Of a stretch of DNA of 64,000 nucleotides, positions 1 to 10,051 are shown piece after piece (the first letter of the stretch is position 1; every line of letters begins with the position of its first letter). Under the pieces are notes generated by a model, which saw nothing but the letters and a program-made list of their open reading frames with translations, had not been told where the DNA came from and did no database searches. The translations under genes were made by a program, and so were the position numbers. Where the stretch lies: the IMG/VR virus record IMGVR_UViG_3300006028_000003, positions 1 through 64,000 of that record; one strand, given 5' to 3'. The DNA comes from a virus.

Positions 1-207
1 CTCTCGCGGGAATAAGCTCCATGAGGGAAAACTCCATCAGGTTGGTGGTGCCGCCGCCGGGGCCTCCGGCTTTGTAGCGGCGGGCGCATGCATCGCAAAC
101 GAGCCGGGTGGCGACGGCGCTCTTGTAGATCGACGAGGCGATGCCGCCGCAGGGCTTGCCGTCGACGGTCGACTCGCAGACGAACGGATTGTTCGTCACG
201 GAGCCCA

Positions 208-501
208 TTATTTTTCCGCGTCCGGCATATTGGCCCGCTTCTGCTCCTCGATGGTCTGAACTCCAAAAGCCCAGAGGACGCCTTGGATCCAGCCGAGCCA
301 CCGCATCTTCTTCTCGAGCTTCTCCGCCAGATCGATGCCGGCCAAAGCCAACGCGTGGCAGTGGCTCATCGCCTCGCGGCAAGGCCGAACGCCGAAGGGG
401 CCCTGCGGAAGGTCACCCTCCAACCTCTTCGGGGGATAGCCATCACGTTGGAGCTTATCGGCGATGCCGCGGAGCACTTCATTTACTTCGGTATTATCCA
501 T
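208..501 (-). CDS. Hypothetical phage protein
   Basis: 97 aa ORF with GGAGG RBS, overlapping the stop of the upstream ORF; motif KMRWLGWIQGVLW. Confidence 0.6.
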   Translation of the reverse strand: MDNTEVNEVLRGIADKLQRDGYPPKRLEGDLPQGPFGVRPCREAMSHCHALALAGIDLAEKLEKKMRWLGWIQGVLWAFGVQTIEEQKRANMPDAEK

Positions 502-775
502 AAACCCTCCTCACCGAGCGGTGTTGGCCCTCATGGCCCTTTAGACGAGACCAGTCTTGCGCAAGAGAGTCATGCGCAAGACATCCCCCGTGGCTCGTTT
601 GTATCGGCTCAACCTCGAACGGGGGACCGAAAAACTCCTTGGCGACCGTGTTCTCAGTGACCGCAGCAAGGTCTAGGTCGAATCTGGTGATCCCGAAGCG
701 CTTCTTGACCGCGGCGATGAACTCGGGAGGGGTTGCGTAGTCTTGCTTAGAGAGACCTGGCTTCTGCTTCGGCAT
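494..775 (-). pseudogene. Truncated phage DNA N6-adenine methyltransferase (Dam-like, N-terminal part only)
   Basis: SKQDYATPPEF...FDLDLAAV.EN...DSLAQDW matches the phage Dam N-terminus, but the ORF ends before any NPP[YF] catalytic motif. Confidence 0.6.
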
Positions 776-843
776 CTTCCGGACCCCTTTGACGAACTCC
801 GGGCCGGCACCGAAGTCGTGCGCCATCGTTTGAACAGGCTGCC

Positions 844-2160
844 TCATTGGATCACCGTCAATCTGGTCTCTGCGCGAGTTACGGCAGTGTAGGCGAGGCG
901 CCGCCATCCCTCATCCCAGGGCCTCACCGGATGGTCAACGTAGAAAATGCAGTGCGAAAACTGACTCCCTTGGCTTTTGTGGACCGTCATGGCAGCCCCA
1001 AAATCGAAGAGCATCCCCGCGCCCTTGAATGTTTCTGGCATCCCTCGCGCCTTCAGCTCCTCGATGCTTCCAAAGGTCTTCTCGCGACAGAACTGAGGGG
1101 CGCACATCGTCAACCGCTGCGGGGGCAACCCCTCGTCGGGAAATTCAACATTGGCATCGAGTAGCCAGCGTTGGGCCCCAACGGAGCCATCGCCCGTCAG
1201 GATCCCGCGCATCCCGTTGTAGATCGGCGGCTTGTTCCGGAGCGCGATGACGACCTCGCCGGCTTTGGGTGGGCCGGAGAAGCCTAAGGCTTTGCGGGCC
1301 ATCCCGTTGAGTTGAACCCGGCTTCGGTTGGTCCAGCAAAGGATGCCGACATCAAGAAGCGGTTCTCCCCCGGCGGTAGTTAGGCTTTCGGCGTAAACCC
1401 CCGCGATGACATCGGAGGCCTTGGCTTTCTTCGCCCATCTCACCGCCGTCAGCCCACAGAATGACCCAGGGACCTCGAGTTGACCTGTTTCCCGAATATG
1501 GTGAGCCATGCGGATGATCGGCGAGTCCTCCGCTTGACGATGGATCGTTTCCAAACGAAGATCCGGATTTTTCATCAACTCGCCGGAATCCATCACTGGC
1601 GGAAGCTGGCCATGGTCACCGACAGCCAGGATCGGAACCCCAAAAACCTTGAGGTCTTCCAACATGCTTGAGCCAACCATCGACGCTTCATCGATGACGA
1701 TCAAGTCGTATTGCCGATCCAATCTGTCGCGTTTGGCCCATCCGAGGAGCTCCTCGGTCTCGTTGTCGATGACCGGCTTGTAGATCAGCTTGTGGATGGT
1801 CCCTACGAACGACGGGCCTCCTTGCAACGTCAACTTAGGGTCATACAAGTTGAAGATGTCTTTCCGAAGGCCCCGCAACCGAAGACCATCCGGGGGCCTC
1901 ATCTTGTCGGTCATCGCGGCGCCCGCGGCTCGGAGCTTCCGGGCCAAGACAGATGAAGCCCGGCCGGTGAAGGTGACATACGCACAAAGCAGCGTAGTGT
2001 TGGCTGCAAAGACGCCGAGGAGGGTTGTCTTGCCCGTTCCGGCTAACCCGCCCGTCGTGAGGAGGCTTCCGGATCGATTTTCGACCCAACCCATCATCGA
2101 GTGGTAGACCTTGAGTTGGTCTGGGCTCAAATCTGAGACGATGAGGCGCTTGTCAACCAT
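844..2160 (-). CDS. SF1B helicase, Dda/RecD-like
   Basis: Walker A GLAGTGKTT, Walker B IVIDEASM, GDHGQLPPV, LETIHRQ, TVHKSQGSQF, YTAVTRA. Confidence 0.92.
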   Translation of the reverse strand: MVDKRLIVSDLSPDQLKVYHSMMGWVENRSGSLLTTGGLAGTGKTTLLGVFAANTTLLCAYVTFTGRASSVLARKLRAAGAAMTDKMRPPDGLRLRGLRKDIFNLYDPKLTLQGGPSFVGTIHKLIYKPVIDNETEELLGWAKRDRLDRQYDLIVIDEASMVGSSMLEDLKVFGVPILAVGDHGQLPPVMDSGELMKNPDLRLETIHRQAEDSPIIRMAHHIRETGQLEVPGSFCGLTAVRWAKKAKASDVIAGVYAESLTTAGGEPLLDVGILCWTNRSRVQLNGMARKALGFSGPPKAGEVVIALRNKPPIYNGMRGILTGDGSVGAQRWLLDANVEFPDEGLPPQRLTMCAPQFCREKTFGSIEELKARGMPETFKGAGMLFDFGAAMTVHKSQGSQFSHCIFYVDHPVRPWDEGWRRLAYTAVTRAETRLTVIQ

Positions 2161-2499
2161 CCTTATTGCCCCTCCTCACCTTGATCTCGTCGTAGATGAA
2201 CTCACTTGCCTTCGTGAAGAAAGCCGTCGCCGCCGCGATGATGATGGCTTCGACGACTCGCGCGCGACCGTCGGGGCAGTCGGGCGGATCTTCGGTGGTG
2301 CGCCAGAAGAGCGGCATCAAAAGATCTCCATCTCCACCGCGGCCTCATGGATCTTATCAAAGGTGTCGAGACCAACGGCCTTTAGACCTTCCTCAATCTC
2401 CTCATGAGCCCCTTCAGAGTAGAAGTAGGCCTCTAAGAGAGCCTTGAGCAGTCTCGGAGCCGCTTCCTTCAACTTTTCCGGATCGATGACTGCCATGAG

Positions 2500-2577
2500 T
2501 TAGCCTACTGAGGCATCGGTGAAACCGTGGCTGATTGCGATTGCTAGGGCTTGGTCACGTAGTTCATTGAGGGTCAT
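2500..2577 (-). pseudogene. Possible remnant of a MazG-like nucleotide pyrophosphohydrolase
   Basis: Manual translation MTLNELRDQALAIAISHGFTDASVG-stop resembles phage MazG-like N-termini; it has a GGAG RBS and lies directly after the polymerase. Confidence 0.35.
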
Positions 2578-2588
2578 TTCTACATCTC

Positions 2589-5219
2589 CTAACCGAAGTC
2601 GCTCCAACGGGAGCCCTCCTTCATATCGATCGGTTGCATGAAATTTCTCCCCGTTCTCGGTATCTCCACCGGCTCATCCCAAACGCTCTTGATGAGGCGC
2701 TTCATTCCCTCAACCAATCGCGTCGGGACCTCGTAGATCGCGCTGTCGTATTGATAGAGAACCTGCTTGACCCGACGGGGCATCCGGTCATCGATGATCC
2801 CGAGGCGCTCATTCATGACGTCGGCAACCCCCGCAGAGATCGGGAAGGCGCTTACCTCCGTCGGCTTCGGATGGAAACCTAGCCATCGCTTCCGGCCGAG
2901 GAACGCTGTTCTCAAAAATCCTTGGCGTTGGCAAAGAGCTACGTTTTCGTCGACGAATTGGAAGTAGCGCCAGTAAGCCGAATGGATGGCGTCGATAGCG
3001 TCTTGGCAGATATCGAGATCGATGTCAAAGCCGTTCTCGAAGAGGGTCTTGTAGAGCTTCTCTGCCTCCCCGAGGTATGAAATGCAGAAGCCACACTTCT
3101 TCGCGAGGTCGCGGAATCGGAAGCCCGCCCCCTTCGGGTCCTTGAGGTCTTCGAGGGCCCCCGGAACCGACCGAAAGAGGAGTCGAGCGTTACTCGCGTG
3201 GATGTCTGTTTCACAGGCCTTGACGAAGGCCTCATCCCCACTCAGGTTAGCGGCAAACCTCATCTCGCATTGACTAAGGTCGAAGTAGAGCCAGACGGTT
3301 CCGGGGGCCGCGATGTAAATGTCGCGGAGCTGGTCCTCCGGCTGGGGCTCTTGGCGCTTTCGGGGGTTGCATTCAACCCAAACCTCCTTCTTCCAGGCCC
3401 CATGCTTCATCCCGTCGAGAAGCATCGCCCCGCAGCCGGGGCAGCGGGCCATCGTTGGGATGTTCAATAAATTGGGATTTCTCGTTGCCGGCCTTCCAGT
3501 TTCGGTTCCGTAAGAACGCCAATGACAATGAACCCTCCCGTCGGGTCCGATCTTGACGTTGTCGAGGTACTCGCTCCGGGAATCGTTGGAGCGGCGCCAA
3601 CGGATGATGAGGTCTGCAAGCTTCGCGGCCCGGTTGTGGCCCCCTTTCAAGGCCTCCAGAACGACCGCGTTAGCGGCCGGAAGCCCCGTCGGGGTGAGGG
3701 GGGCCAAATAAGTGGGGGCCTTCAACTGCTGGAAGAGCGCCTTTCGGATGTCGTTCGGCTTCGACGGCGAAAAGTTGCGCCTCCCGAGGAGCCCCCTCAT
3801 CTCCCCCAACAAAGCAGCGGATCGGAATCGAAGCTTTTTCGACAAGGCCTTCTTTCGATCTTGATCCACCAAAATCCCGTTGACCTGGAGCTTTTGGCAA
3901 AGCAAGGCGTGGCGCTTGTCATGTTCGTAAACCTTTCGCTCTTGATTCAGATCCGATTGCATCCGGATCCAGGCTAGACTCCCTAGAACAACGTCGGCGC
4001 GGTTATATTTCGCCAGGTCTTCCTTCTTGACTCCGAAGCCAGCCACCCCCTTCTCTTCGGAGCCTTGCTTGAAGCGTGTCTTCCACGCCGAGGTGTCGGT
4101 GTAGATCGAAGCGACGTGGGCCAACGACTTGGGTTTGTCCGAAGCGAAGGCGTAGTGGGCCAACAGCGTATCTTCGTAATTGGGGTATCGAATCCCCAAG
4201 CGGCCAAGGGCGATGGAATCGAAAGCAGGGCCGTTGTGGGTCAACGCGATCCTTGATCGAAGGGCTTCCCGAAGGACCGGGATCAACCGCTTGTGCCAGG
4301 GGTCGAGGATCACCACCGCGCTCCGGGGTATCTTCTTGATCTTCCCTTTCTCCCATCGCTCGATGGCTCCGACGTCAGCGACCCCGATGCAGGTCATCCC
4401 AACACTCATCGGATCGTTGCCGTCGGTCTCGATGTCGACGTTGACGAGGGGGCCCATCTTGCCGAGGAGCTTCTTGGCTAGCTCCGGGTTGTCGGTCTGA
4501 ACGAAGGTCCCTTCATCTTCAAGCTGGAAGGGGGCCCGGCTCCAGCGAACCGCCCGGTCGATGTCGATCCGGAGAACCGGTAGCCACGAGTCGGCCCCGC
4601 GAAGGATGAAGGCACAATGGACCGTCGGAATAACAACCCTCCCGGAGTAAACTTGGCGGCTACTGATGATGGCCAAGGAATCTTCGGCGCTCTCTAGTTG
4701 CTTTTTGACTTTCTCGGTTGGCTCCTTCAACCGGAGCTTTTCCACCTTCCGGGTGGCGTTGGAAACCTGGCTAGGTTTGATCTCCGGGGCATGCCAAATA
4801 AACCCTCTGGATTTCATCACCCCGGCCTTACCCAACACCGATCGGGTGGCTTCGGCGCCGAGGGCCAAGATAGGGATGGTCTTGTCGATCGAGGCCAGCT
4901 CATTGGCCAACCGGGGGGCGCAGCAAGCAACGGCCCGCTTCATCTCCTGGTCGGAATCATTCCGGCACAATGCCGCGTTGGTCACCCAAGCGTCAGCGCG
5001 ATCGAAGTCGGCTTCCTCAAGGCAGCGATCTAGCATTTTTCCGCTGGGCCCATAAAATGGGATCCCGGATCGCTCTTCGAGTCGGCCGGGATTCATCCCA
5101 ACGATGATCAACTTAGTTGCTGTTGGGCCAAAGGTGGGAGGCTGCGGGGGAACCGGTGTCTTGCCTTGGAGCGGGCAAGACGAGCATCTAGCGCCGAGGG
5201 CTTCGGGATCGAAGGTCAT
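2589..5219 (-). CDS. Family A DNA polymerase with N-terminal uracil-DNA-glycosylase-like (family 4, Fe-S) domain and 3'-5' exonuclease
   Basis: UDG-like: CSSCPL, GMNPG..E, PFYGPSG, VTNAALC, PTVH. Exonuclease: VDIET, HNGPAFD, YNRAD. Polymerase: TGR, NLLNIP, motif A DLSQCEMR, motif B RDLAKKCGFCISY, motif C QYDS. Confidence 0.92.
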   Translation of the reverse strand: MTFDPEALGARCSSCPLQGKTPVPPQPPTFGPTATKLIIVGMNPGRLEERSGIPFYGPSGKMLDRCLEEADFDRADAWVTNAALCRNDSDQEMKRAVACCAPRLANELASIDKTIPILALGAEATRSVLGKAGVMKSRGFIWHAPEIKPSQVSNATRKVEKLRLKEPTEKVKKQLESAEDSLAIISSRQVYSGRVVIPTVHCAFILRGADSWLPVLRIDIDRAVRWSRAPFQLEDEGTFVQTDNPELAKKLLGKMGPLVNVDIETDGNDPMSVGMTCIGVADVGAIERWEKGKIKKIPRSAVVILDPWHKRLIPVLREALRSRIALTHNGPAFDSIALGRLGIRYPNYEDTLLAHYAFASDKPKSLAHVASIYTDTSAWKTRFKQGSEEKGVAGFGVKKEDLAKYNRADVVLGSLAWIRMQSDLNQERKVYEHDKRHALLCQKLQVNGILVDQDRKKALSKKLRFRSAALLGEMRGLLGRRNFSPSKPNDIRKALFQQLKAPTYLAPLTPTGLPAANAVVLEALKGGHNRAAKLADLIIRWRRSNDSRSEYLDNVKIGPDGRVHCHWRSYGTETGRPATRNPNLLNIPTMARCPGCGAMLLDGMKHGAWKKEVWVECNPRKRQEPQPEDQLRDIYIAAPGTVWLYFDLSQCEMRFAANLSGDEAFVKACETDIHASNARLLFRSVPGALEDLKDPKGAGFRFRDLAKKCGFCISYLGEAEKLYKTLFENGFDIDLDICQDAIDAIHSAYWRYFQFVDENVALCQRQGFLRTAFLGRKRWLGFHPKPTEVSAFPISAGVADVMNERLGIIDDRMPRRVKQVLYQYDSAIYEVPTRLVEGMKRLIKSVWDEPVEIPRTGRNFMQPIDMKEGSRWSDFG

Positions 5220-5572
5220 GGCTCAAACGGGGCGTCGATGGTATCAGGAGGCTCGGGCCGATGCGCATACAGAAGGGCACCGCAGCTACAGAAGCATGGC
5301 TCATTCACGCGCTCATGCCCTCCGTGCTCGCGCCGCCAATTGACTGACCATGAGCTGCAAATGAGGCAGTTATGGCAGTGGGCTCCCGGACCGGGGAGGC
5401 CATCGATAAGCGCTTGGCACCGCGCTATAGCTCCAGCTAACGACCTCGGATACGTCTTAGCTCCATCGAACCGATTTTGGGCCTTCAACAGCAACCGAAA
5501 CTTCACCTCGGCGGTCGCGGTGTCGAGGGGAGCCGCGGAAGCTAGACAGGGATAGTCACGGGATGACTTCAT
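5216..5572 (-). CDS. Hypothetical Cys-rich protein
   Basis: ORF abuts the polymerase start in the same operon; CHNC and CFCSC motifs. Confidence 0.45.
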   Translation of the reverse strand: MKSSRDYPCLASAAPLDTATAEVKFRLLLKAQNRFDGAKTYPRSLAGAIARCQALIDGLPGPGAHCHNCLICSSWSVNWRREHGGHERVNEPCFCSCGALLYAHRPEPPDTIDAPFEP

Positions 5573-5893
5573 CCCCGGAAGCCCTTGCTACAGCGCCGGC
5601 ACCAAGATCCCGGATACCCGGCCCAGCGCAACTCAGGGCCGACGTCGCCGTCCGGATGAGGGCATTCCGCCTGGCTCTTGTCAACCGCGGCGGCGGCTTC
5701 TTTGAAGGCCTCCGACGTTGGATCCTTCTTACGCTCGACTTCGCATGCTCGAATCAATGAGGCGTTGGCGTAGTCTATCATTTCTTCCTCAGGTAGATTA
5801 TCCGCATGATCCCCACTGACACGTTGTCGACGACGAGAAGGAGGAAACCGACGATGGCGAAGGTGAGATACGGATGTGCTAAGGCCCAAGCTG

Positions 5894-6496
5894 TCATCGG
5901 ATCCCCAACACCGACGCCATAGAGAGGAAGTTTTCCAGCGCCTCCGTCGGGCTCCACGGAACGATCCGAGCCATCCATGGGGTTGGCAGAGGAGCCCATG
6001 GGGCCGGTTCTGCAACGAGTAGATCTCGCTTCTCAGTCGCGAGCGCCTTGTTATCCTGGTGGTGAACTTCCGGATCGAGCGAGCAGAGCTCTACCCCGAA
6101 GCGGTCTCCGATCGTCGCCGCGAGCCGCGCTTCGATGACCTCGTAGTTGACGAGGTAGCGCTTCAGAGGCCTCGGGACGTCAACCAAAAACGCTTCGGTG
6201 GCATCGTGGAGGAGCGCTTGCTTCCGATGCTTGTGGGGGGAGTTCATCGCGACGAGGCAACAATGCTGCGCGACGCTGTAGAAGGATCCTATTTGGCCTC
6301 CGAAGCGACAGAGGTTGCTAAGCGCAACCGCGATGTCGAGGGGGTGGATCTCTTCGGGGCGGGGGTCGAGCGGGAAAAATTGGACCCCCGTGAAAGTTTG
6401 ACACCAGTCACCGCGGCGTGGCTCGTTGATGCGGGTGGAGCTGGTTTCCTCCATCGGGAAGGAAACCCTCTTGCGGTTGACGAGGGGGAAGGTCAT
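5894..6496 (-). CDS. HD-domain phosphohydrolase (YfdR/YfbR-like 5'-deoxynucleotidase)
   Basis: DIAVALSNLCRFGG, YSVAQH, ALLHDATEAFLVDVPRPLK, D..ALATEKRDL. Confidence 0.88.
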   Translation of the reverse strand: MTFPLVNRKRVSFPMEETSSTRINEPRRGDWCQTFTGVQFFPLDPRPEEIHPLDIAVALSNLCRFGGQIGSFYSVAQHCCLVAMNSPHKHRKQALLHDATEAFLVDVPRPLKRYLVNYEVIEARLAATIGDRFGVELCSLDPEVHHQDNKALATEKRDLLVAEPAPWAPLPTPWMARIVPWSPTEALENFLSMASVLGIR

Positions 6497-6653
6497 TTTT
6501 CTTCTTCCTCTTCCTCGGCCGCCGCCACCTCGTCGAGGACTTCCCAGGCGTCGCCCATGAAGAGGTAGACCTCCCCAGCGGAGTCCAACGCATAGACGCT
6601 ATCGCCGGTAGCGGGATCGTGGGTGACGGCAATCTGGGTAAATTTGGGATGGG

Positions 6654-6899
6654 TCATTCCCCATCCCCATCGAACAGATTTCCGGTCCGGGCCTCTGCCG
6701 ATCCCGCCTCCTTGAGAGCCTTCAACTTCGCGTGCGCCGCTTTGCCCCCCTTCCGGCCTGCCTCTCTCGCCTCCTCGGTCGTAAACTGGTGGGCCTTCCC
6801 CTGAGCATGGGCGGCCTTTCCGCCTCGGCTCGAGATCTCCCGCACCTTGGCCGGATCCATCGCCGCAAAACCTTTCCGCGACTTCCCATTATTTTCCAT
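6654..6899 (-). CDS. KGG-repeat stress-induced protein, copy 1
   Basis: GFAAMDP..VREISSRGGKAAH, HQFTTEEAREAGRKGG. Confidence 0.85.
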   Translation of the reverse strand: MENNGKSRKGFAAMDPAKVREISSRGGKAAHAQGKAHQFTTEEAREAGRKGGKAAHAKLKALKEAGSAEARTGNLFDGDGE

Positions 6900-7203
6900 G
6901 TGAAAACCTCCGTGGGCCGGGCCTGGAACGACCAGAACCTCTCAGCGCTCCGCGCGCCTACTTCCTACCGGTTGGTAGCTACCAATAACCCGGTCGGCCC
7001 ATAAGACCCGTTGGGATACGAGGAGGGTCAAGCCCCGGCCAAATTCGACCTTGCGTGTTGCTCCGGAACTACGAGCGCTTTTTCCGGCTCTCCGGCTACA
7101 ACCCGTCGAGAGGTCGAATCAAACAAGCTGCCACAGATATCCCGCTGCGGCGCCGGCATCGCTAGGGCCCTCGAAATGTCCCGCCAAGGCCCTTCGCGAA
7201 TCC

Positions 7204-7794
7204 CTATCGACGGGCCGACTTCTTGGTCTGCACCGGCTTGGCCTTGGTGGCCTTCGCCGGAGGCGCCGCCGGCTCCTCGTCGTCGTCCGTTCCGCCCATC
7301 GGGGAGAGAGTTCCCTCCTTCGGAGCCGAATAGCTCAACTGGGTATCCTCGCCCTCTTCACCTTCGGCCGCGGTGACCCAAACGTCGGTCTCCTGGTTCT
7401 TCAGGGCCGCGCAAAGGTCTCTCAAATCTCCAATCGAGCCGATGGCCGTCGGGATGACGTCGGGATCCAACCCCAACCCGTCGCGGAGTGCTCGGAGCTT
7501 CAGCTTGCCGAAGTTGCCACCGCGACCGCCGGTGAAGACGATCCAGTCTCGCTTCTCGGCGCCGATCGATTTCTGAGGGCCTTCATCTTCGCTCTCCGTA
7601 GACGTCATGGTCCAGGTGAGCTCAATCATCGGCTTGCCCTTTTTGCTCGCCTTGGCTTCGGCCTTGGTGCACTTCGCCCGGTAGGCGCCGGGGTAGACGT
7701 CGGGCTCCATCGTGTCGACGTCGTAGTTGATGGGTTCGAAGGACTGTCCGCCGTAGGAGCCCTTGCCAGCGTGGTTTTGCGTGTCGGTTGCCAT
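7204..7794 (-). CDS. Putative ssDNA-binding protein (DUF669-like OB fold)
   Basis: PGAYRAKC..AE.K.SKKGKPMIELTW with an acidic and low-complexity tail; downstream of a Sak4-like ATPase. Confidence 0.6.
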   Translation of the reverse strand: MATDTQNHAGKGSYGGQSFEPINYDVDTMEPDVYPGAYRAKCTKAEAKASKKGKPMIELTWTMTSTESEDEGPQKSIGAEKRDWIVFTGGRGGNFGKLKLRALRDGLGLDPDVIPTAIGSIGDLRDLCAALKNQETDVWVTAAEGEEGEDTQLSYSAPKEGTLSPMGGTDDDEEPAAPPAKATKAKPVQTKKSARR

Positions 7795-8083
7795 TGTTGG
7801 TACTTGCTTTCTTGGTGTTGTGTTGTCGTTGGTGTCTCGGAGATAGGGTTCTAATCCACCTCGGAGCTTTTTTGAGATTCAAGAGCCATGATTCTATTTG
7901 TGGCGGCCTCGATGATATCGAGCATAAAGACCTTCTCGAAGTCATCGTCGAGGCTCGGGTGGATCAAGTTGAGCAGAATGAGCCCTTCGCCCTCACTGGC
8001 GACCGCCAGAGAAACCCCGCTCGGGCTGTAGCCATCGTTGATGAGGGCCTGGAGGAAGTCCCGAAAGTGATCGGCGACGGGCC

Positions 8084-8881
8084 TCATCGCCTCACCATCG
8101 GTTGTTGGGCCTTCGCCGGGGCCCCGACCTTCCGAACCGAAGCCCCATTGACCTTCCCCTCGGACATCGCCTCGATGAATCGCCCAACGTGCGCCGGCAT
8201 CACCCCGGTCTTGGCGAGGCTGCGGCAACCTGGCCCCCAGACCCCATCCGAAGAGGTGAAGAAGACCCGGTTGTTGTGGCCTCCCCCGAAATCCTTGGGG
8301 GCTACGTCAAACCAAACGATGTCATGGAACATCGCCGCGACTGCACTCCGAGAGGCCATGTTGGGCATCAGCGGAACGATCCCAGGCCCACTCTTAGGTT
8401 TGTCGCCCGCTTCATCGCCGCCGACCTCCATGTAGTGGTTGACTACGATGAGATGCGCAGGGATGGTCTGGAGAAGGTTGACGATGTGTTTGATCCGGCG
8501 GGTGAACTCCGGGTGGGCCTTACGGCCATCTTCATTGCCCTTCTCGGATTTGCTTTGGTAAAGGCATTCCTCCATGAGGGAGTCGGCGAAGAAATTCAAC
8601 GGGTCAACAACCACCGTCTTGATCTTGCGCTCCTTCGCATCGCGTTTGGCCTCGATGATGTATTTGGTCATCGAGTCGAAGCCTCCGACGCGCTCGAAGT
8701 CGAACCCCTTTGTCTCTCGACGGGCGCCGTTTAGGGCGGAGTCGGTCTTCTCGCAGAGCAACACCCGAACCGGCGCCGGGGCTGTCGCGACCGCGTGGGT
8801 GGTGGAACCCTTCTTGGGCCATGCGAGCCAGAGCATCCGAAGGTGTTGCTCAGAGGCGAGTGAGGAAGCCGGGATCGGCAT
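8084..8881 (-). CDS. AAA_24/Sak4-like ATPase (recombination, ssDNA annealing)
   Basis: Likely start MPIPASS; degenerate P-loop AWPKKGST, Walker B KTVVVD, HLIVVNH; paired with an SSB-like gene. Confidence 0.7.
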   Translation of the reverse strand: MPIPASSLASEQHLRMLWLAWPKKGSTTHAVATAPAPVRVLLCEKTDSALNGARRETKGFDFERVGGFDSMTKYIIEAKRDAKERKIKTVVVDPLNFFADSLMEECLYQSKSEKGNEDGRKAHPEFTRRIKHIVNLLQTIPAHLIVVNHYMEVGGDEAGDKPKSGPGIVPLMPNMASRSAVAAMFHDIVWFDVAPKDFGGGHNNRVFFTSSDGVWGPGCRSLAKTGVMPAHVGRFIEAMSEGKVNGASVRKVGAPAKAQQPMVRR

Positions 8882-9128
8882 CAGGCGGATCCTTTCGTTG
8901 GTGAAGTCGTTGGTGTAGTGCGTCCCGAGAGCGGCATCAGGCGGCCTCGGAAGATTGAGAGCGTAAAGCTGGATCAACGCGACGGCAAGTCCCGAAAGCG
9001 TCTCAACTTGGCCGCTTCGACGTCGATGTACCAATGGGGGTTGAAGAGGGCAGCGATGGCGCGGAGGGGCCAGCCGCTCTCCCACCAGACCTGAAAGGCC
9101 ACCCACCGGTCCGATAGCGCTGCCGGCC

Positions 9129-9416
9129 TCATTTGGCCCTCTCCTCCGCTTCCTTCTTCCAAGCGGCCCGAGCCTGCACGACGCATTGGGGGCAGCATCG
9201 GAGCCCCCCGAGCGGAATCTTATTGGTTTCCGCGTCGTAGCCCATGACCGCATGTCCGGGATCGCTGAAGACCCACTCTTTTTCTTCCTTGGAGCGCCCG
9301 CAAAAGGTCCGGTCCCCGTAGTGACGGATGCAGGCGAACATCGGATCTCCTGGCTTCCGGATTTTCTCTGGGGCCGGGACCTCGGTCATCACCCCGTAGT
9401 CATGACCGAACATCAT
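9129..9416 (-). CDS. Hypothetical Zn-binding protein
   Basis: TFCGR and CCPQC motifs; lies in a tightly packed operon. Confidence 0.45.
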   Translation of the reverse strand: MMFGHDYGVMTEVPAPEKIRKPGDPMFACIRHYGDRTFCGRSKEEKEWVFSDPGHAVMGYDAETNKIPLGGLRCCPQCVVQARAAWKKEAEERAK

Positions 9417-10051
9417 AGCCGCTCCACGGTGAGCTCGTCAGGGTGGCATCCAAATTTCAAAGCCGCCTTACGGCACGCGTCGAACCAGAGCCGGGCCTTG
9501 ATGAGGCGAGTTTTGTCTTTGTAGACCGCCTTCCAGATGACGGGCTTGTCGGGGACGTTGGTGGTCATAGATCAACCGCCCTAACCCGAAGCTCCTCGGA
9601 GAAGTAGTCCTGCACCACCAAACGTCGAACGACGCTCCCGTCAGCTCTTTGGAAGACGGAGGCCCCGTCGTAGCGGCCGCAATCGGTAAAGCCTCCGGCG
9701 ATGCTCGAACCCCAGAGGGCTTGAGCCTCAATCGCGAAGGCCTTGTCGCCGAAGAGGCCTCGCTTCGGGAGGAAGTAGCCGTGCCTCATCATGAGGCTTG
9801 CTCTAGCATCCGCCCCAAGCAAGCGCAACGGGTCCCCGGCGGCGAGGCAGGAGACCCGTTGCTGAGCACGACTCCGGTTCCGGGGAAAGAAGACCGGGTG
9901 CGTTTCCAATGGAAGTGTCTCATCAGAGTCTCACCCCGTCAAGGGCCCCGCCAGATGCGTCGGATGACGCTCTTGGTGTCGCGCCCGAGGCAATGAAGAG
10001 CGTTGGTGGTGGCCTTCAAACGACGCCAGAAGTCATGCCAGAGGCCCATCA

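Noticed and set aside
2589-6496. 2-aminoadenine (Z-genome) system suggested by PolA, an HD hydrolase and a MazG-like remnant
   Set aside because: No PurZ/PurA homologue in the window; the HD protein looks like the common YfdR type and the MazG-like gene is broken.
6905-7005. tRNA gene
   Set aside because: An acceptor-like stem is present but there is no canonical T-loop, D-arm or anticodon arm.
8884-9253. N-terminal extension of the Sak4-like ATPase, or a nuclease remnant
   Set aside because: The extension overlaps other small ORFs and shows no convincing motif; the likely start is 8881.
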